Of a stretch of DNA of 55,748 bases, positions 10,014-19,157 are shown in pieces. The translations under genes were made by a program, and so were the position numbers. Numbering within the stretch: the first letter of the stretch is position 1; each line of letters begins with the position of its first letter. The DNA comes from a virus (lineage: Duplodnaviria > Caudoviricetes): IMG/VR virus record IMGVR_UViG_3300023443_000216, positions 1 to 55,748 of that record. One strand, written 5' to 3'. The notes below the pieces were generated by a model, which was not told where the DNA came from, searched no databases, and was given only the letters and a program-made list of their open reading frames with translations.

Positions 10014-10498
10014 TTTACACCCCAATGGATACCACAGATTATGCTAGATATAGTTTGTTGGGATACTCCAAATTGTTTAGCTAATATTCTACCATTCCCG
10101 CGTGCATATAACTCCTGAATTTGTTGAACCTCAAATAATGAAAGTTTGCGATTACTATGATTGTGTGGTGGATTAACAAATCTCCCTTTAGCAATACAGT
10201 CTTGAGTGTTATCTTTGTGTGTTCCCAAAAATAGATGTTCTGGATTAACGCAAATCCGATTATCACACCTATGAAGAACACATAACTTAGAAGATATAAC
10301 TCCATAAAATAATTCCCACGATACTCTATGTGCCATTTCAGTACGCTTCTGTCCTCTATTACGAGTAACTAAAAAACTACCGTAACCAGAACCATTACGC
10401 GGTCCTTTAAAAATCCAACAAGTATTAGTCTTTTCAACCTTAGACATAAACCGACCATATACTGAAGATATACGAAAGGGTGTTCTACTTATTATCAT
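10010..10498 (-). CDS. HNH homing endonuclease whose first 11 residues are the HddA N-terminus
   Basis: CWIFKG...GYG...AHRVSW...VLHRCDNRICVNPEHLFLGTHKDN plus C-terminal HTH; begins MIISRTPFRIS. Confidence 0.9.
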   Translation of the reverse strand: MIISRTPFRISSVYGRFMSKVEKTNTCWIFKGPRNGSGYGSFLVTRNRGQKRTEMAHRVSWELFYGVISSKLCVLHRCDNRICVNPEHLFLGTHKDNTQDCIAKGRFVNPPHNHSNRKLSLFEVQQIQELYARGNGRILAKQFGVSQQTISSIICGIHWGVN

Positions 10499-11084
10499 CT
10501 AAGCCGTCAGGATTAAACATAGCCTGTTCCACAAGATCGGCAAGGATGTGCTCAATCATCGCATGACTCTCCTGTATATACTGAACATTAGAACTAGGTA
10601 CAGCAATCCGAACATCTGCATCAATCCTAACCTGTACCACCATGTCACCAGTTAACAAAATAACGCGCATGTCTTTCTTCAAAGCAGCCAGTATAGCAAA
10701 AATAACATTGATAGATTTCCCACTTGTACTAATAGCAACTAAGACATCACCAGACTTACCCAATGCTTCAACTTGACGTTTAAAAATATTCTCAAATCCA
10801 ACATCATTACTGTGGGCTGTAAGAAAAGAAGTATCTGTAGTTAATGCGATTGCTGGTAAGCCTGGACGTTCCATAGACAGCTTAGAAACAAATTCAGTAG
10901 CCATGTGCTGACAGTCTGCGGCACTACCCCCATTTCCACATAGAAGTACTTTGTTGCCGTCTTTGAACGCCTGTATAAGTATCTCAGCAGCCTCAATTAT
11001 AGAATCTATACACTGCTCATAGACTTTGTACTTAGTTTCATTACTTTCTAGTATGTATTTTTGGACTCTTTCTTTCATTTCCAC
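10485..11084 (-). CDS. gmhA: Sedoheptulose-7-phosphate isomerase
   Basis: CGNGGSAADCQH, ALTTD, SND, ISTSGKS, IQESH. Confidence 0.93.
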   Translation of the reverse strand: MEMKERVQKYILESNETKYKVYEQCIDSIIEAAEILIQAFKDGNKVLLCGNGGSAADCQHMATEFVSKLSMERPGLPAIALTTDTSFLTAHSNDVGFENIFKRQVEALGKSGDVLVAISTSGKSINVIFAILAALKKDMRVILLTGDMVVQVRIDADVRIAVPSSNVQYIQESHAMIEHILADLVEQAMFNPDGLDDNK

Positions 11085-11189
11085 ACCAATCTAATATACC
11101 AAAGACCACAAGCAATCAACAAACTTTTACGTTTACCTGAATAGGCAAATCCTACATCAAATGTACCATGTGGTTTATATGCATCTACC

Positions 11190-12122
11190 TTAAGCATTCC
11201 TATATACTCCCACTGGCGTCATCTTATAGCCCTTGATAAGTTCTTCTATACCTTGACTTAGCGACGTATTAGCGACGTAACCTGCATCCCTCAACCGTTG
11301 GTTAGATACAATATAATCACGCTTGTCTGGATCACTACCATATTCTGAAATACAAATTTCCAAAGTGGGTATGTGTTCCTTGATAGCATTTGCTAAATTT
11401 AGTTTGGTAGTATTCAAGAAATCATTGCCAACGTTGTAAGCACGTCCTACCATGCCTTCGGCGTTCTCAATACAGTGTATGAAACAATCAGCAACATCGC
11501 GTATGTGCACAAAGTTACGTCTAAAGTATGGCTCAAACAAGACAAGGTATCCATCAGTCACGGCCTTGTAGACAAAATCATTGACCAGAAGATCAATACG
11601 CATACGAGAAGACATACCAAAAACTGTAGCAAGGCGTAAAGCTATGGTATCGTGGTGATATCTAAATAACCATTCTTCAGCTTGTCGTTTAGACTCTCCA
11701 TAAATGGATATAGGAGTTAGCGGTGTATCTTCTGTACAAATTTCATTAGGAGCAGTAGAACCATAGCCACTATTGGTATTTGGGTAGATAACTAATTTAT
11801 CCTTTAACCCAGCCAAGTGTCCAGACAGGTGTGTATTGATATCATTAACATCACGCCTAAGATAATTACTACAAGCTGGAGCACCTACAATAGCAGCAAG
11901 CGGTATTATAATATCTGATTGAGTGACTAGATCCTGTAATGGTTGATAGTTAACCACATTACCGTAAACAAAGTGGAACTTAGGATTAGACGCAAGATGA
12001 AAGAGACTGGTTTGACCATACATTAAGTTATCCAGAACTGTTACATCATAGCCAGCATCTAGAAGGTGTTCACACAAAACTGATCCGATGTAACCCGCTC
12101 CACCAGTAACTAAGACTTTCAT
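11190..12122 (-). CDS. NAD-dependent NDP-sugar epimerase/dehydratase
   Basis: VLVTGGAGYIGS, LAAIVGAPAC, YGESK, RLATVFG, RNFVHIRDVA. Confidence 0.9.
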   Translation of the reverse strand: MKVLVTGGAGYIGSVLCEHLLDAGYDVTVLDNLMYGQTSLFHLASNPKFHFVYGNVVNYQPLQDLVTQSDIIIPLAAIVGAPACSNYLRRDVNDINTHLSGHLAGLKDKLVIYPNTNSGYGSTAPNEICTEDTPLTPISIYGESKRQAEEWLFRYHHDTIALRLATVFGMSSRMRIDLLVNDFVYKAVTDGYLVLFEPYFRRNFVHIRDVADCFIHCIENAEGMVGRAYNVGNDFLNTTKLNLANAIKEHIPTLEICISEYGSDPDKRDYIVSNQRLRDAGYVANTSLSQGIEELIKGYKMTPVGVYRNA

Positions 12123-12307
12123 AGTAAGGCCAATTTAGCTTCCATTTCTTCTTGGATAGTTTGTAGTCGCTGTTCTATGTCGATAGGAGTATTTAACATT
12201 TCATTCCATCTTTCCATTTCGCGTCTAGCTCCTAGAAGATAGTTGTGCATGGCAAAAGGATTATCAACAAAGAATATCTGAAGAAATTCGGTTTCTAAAT
12301 CAGTCAT
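12119..12307 (-). CDS. Hypothetical protein
   Basis: RBS GAGG upstream; coupled to the epimerase gene. Confidence 0.5.
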   Translation of the reverse strand: MTDLETEFLQIFFVDNPFAMHNYLLGARREMERWNEMLNTPIDIEQRLQTIQEEMEAKLALL

Positions 12308-12593
12308 ATAACCTCAAGCGTAAAAATACCCCCATCAAGCTCCGTGTCGATCCAGAACTATCAGGGGGCAAAGATCCCCACCACACCCTACACAACTATT
12401 GGATAGAACAAACCCCTACCACATAATTACATTAACAGATTACAAAGGTGGATGCAACTATTCTAATCCTGCGCGTATACGCCTAGCACGTTCATCTATT
12501 TCTTTCCTTCGAACACGCCTTTCAATCATTCTATTCTCAGCTTGATGTATTCTATCACGATGAATAGCAATTATTTTACGTATATCTTCTTTA

Positions 12594-12836
12594 TTAATCA
12601 GTATCATCATCTCCATTATCGGGATTACGTGCTATAGCCCTAGACACAATAACCAAAGCTGAAATCAACCCTAAAGTAATACCACCCATCACAGTCCATG
12701 CCTCACCAGGTACACCAGCCAGTGCTTCACTCTCATACAGCAATGTTAGTATTACCACAGTTACTGCCAATACAATAGTGGTACCTAGTAGATACCTAGC
12801 CCATAAACGCCAAAACTTTAGATTCTTAACCATCAT
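12594..12836 (-). CDS. Two-TM membrane protein (holin-like candidate)
   Basis: Two hydrophobic helices and a charged C-terminal tail. Confidence 0.45.
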   Translation of the reverse strand: MMVKNLKFWRLWARYLLGTTIVLAVTVVILTLLYESEALAGVPGEAWTVMGGITLGLISALVIVSRAIARNPDNGDDDTD

Positions 12837-12862
12837 TTGGATAAATCATTATTATATATTCC

Positions 12863-14980
12863 TTATGGCACGAATTCAGGAATACCTCTTTCCCAAACGT
12901 TACTTCCTGGTGAAGTTTCTGCCTCAAGAACACATCTGCAATTTCCACGACATTGTGTTTCGCCTGCTGGAACAGTGGGGAGTTCTTGCCAAGAATCATA
13001 TATACCAGCTAAGTCAGGACACCCAAATTTACCCCCACCACCAACACAGTGTTCGGCTGCATCATTTAAATTCCATCTAACCCTTTGTGTTCTACCTGTC
13101 TGGGATTCCTGCTCCCTACCAGCAGCAAGTAGTGCTACGAACAATCCATTCCAAGCAACACCAGCAGAAGAAGCTACAGAAGCACGTGCTGTATCGAATA
13201 TCCCCTTAAGACCACTACGGTCAAAAGCAACGCTGTCGCCAGACAACTCAGAGGCATCTTGGAGCTTACTGGTCAATCTATCCCTTATACTGTCTATCAA
13301 GCCTGTACGTAGTCCCTGTGCAGCTGTAGCGGTCATCGCAAGCACTACGTTTCTCACACTAGGAGTACTTAGTAATCTAGCAGTAACTGCCAACCCTATA
13401 GCAGCATTAATACCTTCTTGTTGGGCAGATACTAGACTTGTTTCAAGCTCTGATAATCTTCCATTAACAATTGCTGTAAATCCCTGTTGGCCTATACCTC
13501 TATCTTGGGCATCAACAATTAGGTTACGAGTTTCTACTGCCCATGCATCATAGATATTAACAAGTCTTTGCTGTGTGCGGTTTGTACTGTCCTCAAAGTC
13601 TCCACCACCAGATCTAAGATTAGGATCATCTTCTGTAAATCCAAACCAGGGGGGTTTCTTAGGTTTAGACGGTAAAACAAGTGGTTCACTAAATCTAGAT
13701 GCAGGCTCTGGTATATTCCTAGGTCCTTCTCCAACACCTTCAGGTAAGTCTGGTAAATCCATAATGGCACGCCAGTGTTCTTCATCCTCTCGTGTAGGCG
13801 TTATAACCATCGCAGTCTTGGCAGTATTATAAGCAGTTAGCATAGACTCAACATCTACCTTACCTGGTGTATCCCAATTGATACGTGGCAAGCCTGTCAT
13901 ACCTGGAAACCTGTTGAACCTAAATAGATAAGGCACAAGCTGCTGATTCCAAGTTTCCAAAAACTCTTGTTGTATAGCCTCTAACCCCAATGTAAAGAAG
14001 TCCTGAGAACCTTTGACAAGAGCCTGTGTACCGACATTGTTCATACCTAGTGTAATAAACTGAGCAAAGCCGCGCATGAGTATTTCTTTCTGTTTGCGTA
14101 CAATAACAATATTAAGAGGTCCTGTATTCATACTAGCAGAATAGGGAGATACATCTAGACCATCAGGTACAATAAGATACATCTCTTCATCCATACGCAA
14201 GTTACGTAAGGAGTTTTGTAATGCTGTTAGGTCTGCTTCATCCAAGGGTTCATCTGGTAATGTAGCAACAGGCATACCGCCAACACTACGCTCAAGACCA
14301 ATACCCTCAAAGTTCTCTAAGTCTTTAGTAAATCGCCACGTACGCCAGAGATCTCGCAACAATGCTTTACCCTGAGGGTTACCTTTCCTACCCCTGAAGG
14401 TCATATGTACCGTTTTTTCTATTGGTATCAAAACTATCTTACCGGTATCTGGATCACGTTGCCAGAATCCTACAGTATCATCTTTGCTCTCATCATTAAA
14501 TTCCCATCTATGCAACGTTTCTTGACCACGTGGGTCTATGTTCCTTAAATATATGTGACCATCAGCACGCTTCTCCATGACCATCTCACCGATGGACCAA
14601 CCAAAATCTATAGACTCAAGTGCATCTGCAACATGGGACCGCCAAGACTGACGATTCATAGTCATCATGTTATCCCACAAAAAGTCTTTAGCAGCTATAT
14701 CGGCAGGTAAATCAGAAAAAGGTTCAACATCAAAATCAGCAGATAGAAGAGGTAGTTTAATAGCGTCTAAGAGTGTAGCAACAGTAACATCATCTTTCAT
14801 TTCCAAGTAGACTCTGACTGCCTTTTCCCAAGGCTTGAGACCAGTGTCGTACTCTTCTTGGATTCGACCACCTAAATTCTTAAGCCCAGGTGTACCTAAA
14901 ACTTTGGCAGCATGAGCAGCACCAGGGGTTACCCTGATTTGGACACCATGTTGATCGTAGAGTATAGGCTTACTAACCAT
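12863..14980 (-). CDS. Portal protein (Mu gp29/DUF935-like) fused to a C-terminal MuF-like head morphogenesis domain
   Basis: FGWSIGEMV, GNPQGKALLR...GLERSVGGMP, WNQQLVPYL; Pro-rich linker; C-terminal VRW...EHC...C...P...CRGNCRC. Confidence 0.82.
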   Translation of the reverse strand: MVSKPILYDQHGVQIRVTPGAAHAAKVLGTPGLKNLGGRIQEEYDTGLKPWEKAVRVYLEMKDDVTVATLLDAIKLPLLSADFDVEPFSDLPADIAAKDFLWDNMMTMNRQSWRSHVADALESIDFGWSIGEMVMEKRADGHIYLRNIDPRGQETLHRWEFNDESKDDTVGFWQRDPDTGKIVLIPIEKTVHMTFRGRKGNPQGKALLRDLWRTWRFTKDLENFEGIGLERSVGGMPVATLPDEPLDEADLTALQNSLRNLRMDEEMYLIVPDGLDVSPYSASMNTGPLNIVIVRKQKEILMRGFAQFITLGMNNVGTQALVKGSQDFFTLGLEAIQQEFLETWNQQLVPYLFRFNRFPGMTGLPRINWDTPGKVDVESMLTAYNTAKTAMVITPTREDEEHWRAIMDLPDLPEGVGEGPRNIPEPASRFSEPLVLPSKPKKPPWFGFTEDDPNLRSGGGDFEDSTNRTQQRLVNIYDAWAVETRNLIVDAQDRGIGQQGFTAIVNGRLSELETSLVSAQQEGINAAIGLAVTARLLSTPSVRNVVLAMTATAAQGLRTGLIDSIRDRLTSKLQDASELSGDSVAFDRSGLKGIFDTARASVASSAGVAWNGLFVALLAAGREQESQTGRTQRVRWNLNDAAEHCVGGGGKFGCPDLAGIYDSWQELPTVPAGETQCRGNCRCVLEAETSPGSNVWERGIPEFVP

Positions 14981-15123
14981 TCAACCCCTCATCTGAGGTC
15001 CAAGCATCACAAGCTTTACAATATCCCCAAGTCTCTCCAGTACAATCCTCACCACCTTGAAAATCATAGTCAGTGAAATCTACATCATGCCCACAGTCCA
15101 TACAAATCATGATATCATCATTA

Positions 15124-15414
15124 TCAACCATTATCACAATTATCTACCTTAACAAATTGGACCCTACGCTTCATAGCTTCGTGGTTATAAGCATCGCAGA
15201 CAATCGATAAGACTATATCCTGACCCATCTCTGTTTGAACAACTGCACCATCATCCAATAGCTTATTACGTACATATAGATAATCCATAGTCATCTGTAC
15301 AACAGAAGGAGAGAGTTTCATTTGTTCAAGTGCTGGGCCGCCTGGCGTACTAGGTCCATTGTTGCTATCATTATGGAGGTATAGATAATTAGGATCAAGA
15401 CTCATAGCACACAC
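15124..15414 (-). CDS. Hypothetical protein
   Basis: AGGAG RBS upstream. Confidence 0.5.
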   Translation of the reverse strand: MCAMSLDPNYLYLHNDSNNGPSTPGGPALEQMKLSPSVVQMTMDYLYVRNKLLDDGAVVQTEMGQDIVLSIVCDAYNHEAMKRRVQFVKVDNCDNG

Positions 15415-15456
15415 TCCTAGAGATGAAGTTGTAGCCTTATACTATATCACACCCAC

Positions 15457-15483
15457 AAAAAAAGGGCCAGCCTAAGCCAGCCC
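15457..15483 (-). terminator. Intrinsic terminator
   Basis: GGGCTGGC-TTAG-GCTGGCCC followed by T7 on the minus strand. Confidence 0.75.
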
Positions 15484-15504
15484 CAACACAGACTAGATAA
15501 TAAC

Positions 15505-15732
15505 TTAATCTACTACTAGATATTCATTTTTATTTAAGAGATCAGCAATTAGTTCAGCATCTACTAGTCGATAAGCTCCAGCAATAGGATCACTCTGTGT
15601 ATATGGAAATGCCTTCATATCATAAATTCTCCATCTGGGAGATCCATAACTCTCATCAACATAAAACCTATCCTGCGGTATATTCCATTTTCTAGCCATT
15701 TTAGATACCAAACTCCCTAACGGCAACATCAC
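15505..15732 (-). CDS. Hypothetical protein
   Basis: ORF in series, ending just before the terminator. Confidence 0.45.
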   Translation of the reverse strand: MMLPLGSLVSKMARKWNIPQDRFYVDESYGSPRWRIYDMKAFPYTQSDPIAGAYRLVDAELIADLLNKNEYLVVD

Positions 15733-15943
15733 ACTTCCGTGTAGATAAACTGGTGAATACTCCTGAGTCGTGTATTGATTTGAAAAATAGGGTGCTGTAA
15801 CTGTCAGTTATATCATCAAATTCTGCCATCACATCCATTAATTGATTTAAAGCATTCTGAACTTCCGATGACGGATGCACAAATATCCCACACCTAGTAA
15901 CTTGGCTACACTCGCAGTAATGGGGTTTATCTGACTCCATCAA
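15701..15943 (-). CDS. Hypothetical protein
   Basis: ORF overlapping the deaminase stop. Confidence 0.45.
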   Translation of the reverse strand: MMESDKPHYCECSQVTRCGIFVHPSSEVQNALNQLMDVMAEFDDITDSYSTLFFKSIHDSGVFTSLSTRKCDVAVREFGI

Positions 15944-16448
15944 ACTCTCTAACTCCTACTCCACATTCCCTAAGTATTATCTCCCCAGTAAACCCTTCTT
16001 GTGGATAAGCCTCTAGTTTGCTCACAACAACCTCTGTGATACCGGCAGCAACTATAGAGTAGGTACAATCCAGGCAAGGTATAGGAGCATTTAAATACAG
16101 TGTACAACCCTCTGTAGCATGCCCCATCTTGGCTGCTTGGGCTATAGCGTTACGTTCAGCGTGTGCACAAGGACACATAGACAGTCTTTCACCAGATTCT
16201 ATACCCAGTATTTTTCTAGGACATGCACCAGCCCTACTTGCCGAATAAGCACCCGTGAGGGGGGAAGCAATATCCCAAAAACTTGAACTACTAGGATGTG
16301 GAAAGCCACTAGGAACGCCGTTATAACCCGTAGACACTACAGAATGGCCCTTACCAATCACCACACCTATAGATCGTGATGGACAGACAACGTTGGCACT
16401 AACGGCTTCACACAGACCTAGCATGTAGGAATCCCATCTATTTACCAT
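15927..16448 (-). CDS. dCMP deaminase family protein
   Basis: STGYNG, HAERNAI, PCLDC zinc motifs. Confidence 0.92.
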   Translation of the reverse strand: MVNRWDSYMLGLCEAVSANVVCPSRSIGVVIGKGHSVVSTGYNGVPSGFPHPSSSSFWDIASPLTGAYSASRAGACPRKILGIESGERLSMCPCAHAERNAIAQAAKMGHATEGCTLYLNAPIPCLDCTYSIVAAGITEVVVSKLEAYPQEGFTGEIILRECGVGVREFDGVR

Positions 16449-16477
16449 GACGTACTATACACTGTTTGCCATGTTGC

Positions 16478-16669
16478 TTAATCAAAATCGTGTTGTCCAA
16501 GTTCGGGATGGCGGCCAATAGCTGGTTCAAGATTACTGAGAATATAGACATAAGCTTCAGGAAGAATGGGTTCACTAGGACTAATGCTCCAACAAGCTTT
16601 ACAAATAATACTGGCTACAGGAAGAATACAAAATACTGGATTGTTGCAATTAGCACAGTTGATAATCAT
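16478..16669 (-). CDS. Hypothetical Zn-finger protein
   Basis: CANC...CKAC; strong AGGAGG RBS. Confidence 0.55.
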   Translation of the reverse strand: MIINCANCNNPVFCILPVASIICKACWSISPSEPILPEAYVYILSNLEPAIGRHPELGQHDFD

Positions 16670-16837
16670 TTTCGTTTCCTCCTGTTTAGTATTAAAGGTG
16701 GTTTTGTTTGGAGATCCACCAACTCCTAGGGGCTATTGTCCTGGATCTATCAGGTCTGTCCAGCGGCCCCCACTGAATCAGCAAGAGTGTCAATAACTAG
16801 TGCTAGCATTGATCTAGTCTCTTCACTCCACAATAGG

Positions 16838-16882
16838 ATCTTACATTACAACTACATTGAATACAAGAGGTTTTTGGTAACA
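16838..16882 (-). promoter_or_regulatory. Promoter with upstream TGTTACCAAAAA element
   Basis: TTGTAT-N17-TAAGAT; the upstream 23-mer is nearly identical to 39941-39963. Confidence 0.55.
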
Positions 16883-16896
16883 ATTTGATAACGATT

Positions 16897-17487
16897 CTAA
16901 CGCCATGAACTACGCTTGCTACCACCTATAATCTTAGAACTAGTAACTTCTTCTCGCTGTATATCTCTACTAGGTTCATGATCCTCTTTTCTCTCACCAC
17001 TTATGACCCTACCAGCAGAGCGTTTGTAATAAGACATGAGCATACTAAAAGCATCAACAATGTCATCATGGGGTGATTCTGGGAAGTCTGCCAACTCTTC
17101 TATGAAATCATCAACCCAAGGCTCACCTAAAGGCAGATGGACCATACCAGCTTCTACCATGCCTGTCACAGCACTAGCACGTCTATACTTATCGCCATCT
17201 GGATTGCTGGCCAACACCGGAATACCTTTGGTCTTTAGTTCCTGTATGAGGCTCTGACCACTAGCTTTGTTCTCGATTATGACACGTCCAGGGTTCCACA
17301 TCTTATATAGTTCTTCAGATTTCTTGACCAACTCAGGCCATTCCACACGCTGCCTGAACATATCCATCAAGAAAATCCTGTGGTCTTTGCCTCTACCAGC
17401 AGTTAGACATACACTGTAATCAGCACTAGTCTTGGCCTGAAATGCGGTATCCCAACTAGATACTATGTCACTAATTTGGTCCTTCAA
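16897..17487 (-). CDS. terL: Terminase large subunit, C-terminal RNase-H-like nuclease domain (stand-alone gene)
   Basis: SWDTAF...DYSV, IENKASGQSLIQEL, DKYRRA, FPESPHDDIVDA. Confidence 0.9.
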   Translation of the reverse strand: MKDQISDIVSSWDTAFQAKTSADYSVCLTAGRGKDHRIFLMDMFRQRVEWPELVKKSEELYKMWNPGRVIIENKASGQSLIQELKTKGIPVLASNPDGDKYRRASAVTGMVEAGMVHLPLGEPWVDDFIEELADFPESPHDDIVDAFSMLMSYYKRSAGRVISGERKEDHEPSRDIQREEVTSSKIIGGSKRSSWR

Positions 17488-17882
17488 AAAGTAGCCCGAT
17501 ATCCATCATGCCAGTTATCTTCAGCTATGATTCTGGTTCTACGCTCATTGGCTATTTTAATGGCGTGTTGTTCATCATCAACTTCTACATACGCCCACAT
17601 ACCATTATGCAAAATATTAGTATACCCAGCCATGTTATCAGGATTGGATACCTTATATCTTTTTATCCAACTAACATCACCATCTTTCTCCATTGATATT
17701 TTATATTGTACTATAAATTCAAATGGCTCATTTAACTGATATTCCTCAACACTACCACCACCATACCCATCTTCTATTTCAGATTCAGTAAGGTATATAT
17801 TAGCTCGCTCTTCTGTGCTAAAGATTGCCGCAATACCATAATCACTGTAGCAACCACTAGTAACCACATATACAGTTGTCAT
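17484..17882 (-). CDS. Hypothetical phage protein
   Basis: VYVVTSGCYSDYGIAAIFSTEERA, a common small phage protein pattern. Confidence 0.7.
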   Translation of the reverse strand: MTTVYVVTSGCYSDYGIAAIFSTEERANIYLTESEIEDGYGGGSVEEYQLNEPFEFIVQYKISMEKDGDVSWIKRYKVSNPDNMAGYTNILHNGMWAYVEVDDEQHAIKIANERRTRIIAEDNWHDGYRATF

Positions 17883-18203
17883 CTAACAATCTCCATAGCT
17901 GCCCCAAGTTTGGTCTGGATTACCCGCTAACCCTGTAGTAACCTTATTCAAACAATGTCTAGATATTAACCATTTACGATCTAAGTACCAACGCTTGTCT
18001 TGCTCAGTTAATGCTCTAGTATGATAATGTTGGTTGTTCTCTTTAAAGTAAACACAGTGTCCACCACCATCTAGATTCTTAAGTAACTCCCACGCTTTTG
18101 GCATACGACCTCCGTCGTGAACGTATTCGTTATGTCTACCTCTCACAAATCCATTGATCTCCCCACATCGTGTGTCCATGCCCATCAAGAGTCCAGCAAC
18201 CAT
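17883..18203 (-). CDS. Hypothetical protein
   Basis: ORF in series; start uncertain. Confidence 0.45.
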   Translation of the reverse strand: MVAGLLMGMDTRCGEINGFVRGRHNEYVHDGGRMPKAWELLKNLDGGGHCVYFKENNQHYHTRALTEQDKRWYLDRKWLISRHCLNKVTTGLAGNPDQTWGSYGDC

Positions 18204-18336
18204 CCGGTCCTCTCATATTCTTAAACAACTCAGCCAATTCCTCTTTGATTTCCTCACGGATTATCCTACGAATTTGGTCAAAATTGTCTTGGCCTAGAGA
18301 GAATCCAAGCTCACCCATCTTTCTATCCTGCATCAT
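18136..18336 (-). CDS. Hypothetical protein
   Basis: IRRIIREEIKEE helix; RBS upstream. Confidence 0.5.
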   Translation of the reverse strand: MMQDRKMGELGFSLGQDNFDQIRRIIREEIKEELAELFKNMRGPDGCWTLDGHGHTMWGDQWICER

Positions 18337-18480
18337 TTCTTCCCCTTCTTCTTCTGCCCTTTACTCTGTTTCTTAGACCCTCGGGTCTCTTTCTTCTGCT
18401 TCTTAACTTTAGGTGGAGGACACACAGCACAAGTACCAGGCTTGAAATAATGAAATCCACACTTGGGGCATTTGACACGA

Positions 18481-18804
18481 TTATCTGGCATACTGCTCCA
18501 ATGGTTTGAGTATAGTGTATGGACCCGCCCATTTATTGTGCCAATTATGCATTAACATACCATCATCCCTCAATCCAAATTCATCATCCGACAATACCCT
18601 AATCTCACCAGTCTCAACAAACTTGATGCCACCAAACTCATGTATAACAGGAACAGGATGGACTATAGCATATTCCTCTGTGTCTATACCTACAATTTCT
18701 TGCTCTACCTCTCCCCTAATATTTAATAGATACTCTCCCTGCTGTGGCCTACCATACTGTCCCCTGAATTCAAACTCTTTGCCTTCATATGTAAAGCGTA
18801 TCAT
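18481..18804 (-). CDS. Hypothetical protein with internal duplication
   Basis: Two similar halves (F.F.G..GEY / F.ETGE...DEF); GGAG RBS. Confidence 0.6.
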   Translation of the reverse strand: MIRFTYEGKEFEFRGQYGRPQQGEYLLNIRGEVEQEIVGIDTEEYAIVHPVPVIHEFGGIKFVETGEIRVLSDDEFGLRDDGMLMHNWHNKWAGPYTILKPLEQYAR

Positions 18805-18908
18805 GTTTTAACTCCACAAATAGAATACCTATAGCATATCAGAACAAGGTAACAAACTTGGTTTAATTTTCAGTAACAGTTTCAACAGTCCAGTTACCTT
18901 GACTATGT

Positions 18909-19157
18909 CTAGCTATCGCTTTCATCCATAACAAGCTGCTTCTGTCCATAGAACTCCCCTAAAAGTAATGTTTGATATCCATCTGAATAACTCAACTCAA
19001 TCTCTCTAACACTAATATCAAACTTCTCTGGCTCCCAAGACCAAAAGGCATCTCTAATCAACAGGTACTCAGCAAAGTTAGAGTGGTGGGCTATCCAATG
19101 TAATTCTATCCAATTGTGACCATCTTGTTCTGCCATGATCTTAGTAATTACATTCAT
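18909..19157 (-). CDS. Hypothetical protein
   Basis: ATGA-coupled to the terminase ATPase gene. Confidence 0.55.
   Translation of the reverse strand: MNVITKIMAEQDGHNWIELHWIAHHSNFAEYLLIRDAFWSWEPEKFDISVREIELSYSDGYQTLLLGEFYGQKQLVMDESDS

Noticed and set aside
11259-11279. Short tandem TAGCGACGTA duplication in the epimerase gene
   Set aside because: Only two copies inside coding sequence, with no supporting context.
12837-13832. Long plus-strand ORFs opposite the portal (likewise opposite 49200-51776 and other genes)
   Set aside because: Antisense shadows of well-supported minus-strand genes, with no motifs or RBS.
17488-19153. Group I/II intron or excisable element explaining the terL gap
   Set aside because: No RT/maturase, recombinase or obvious intron core is visible, and the gap is filled with coupled small ORFs. 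Not formally excluded without a covariance search.
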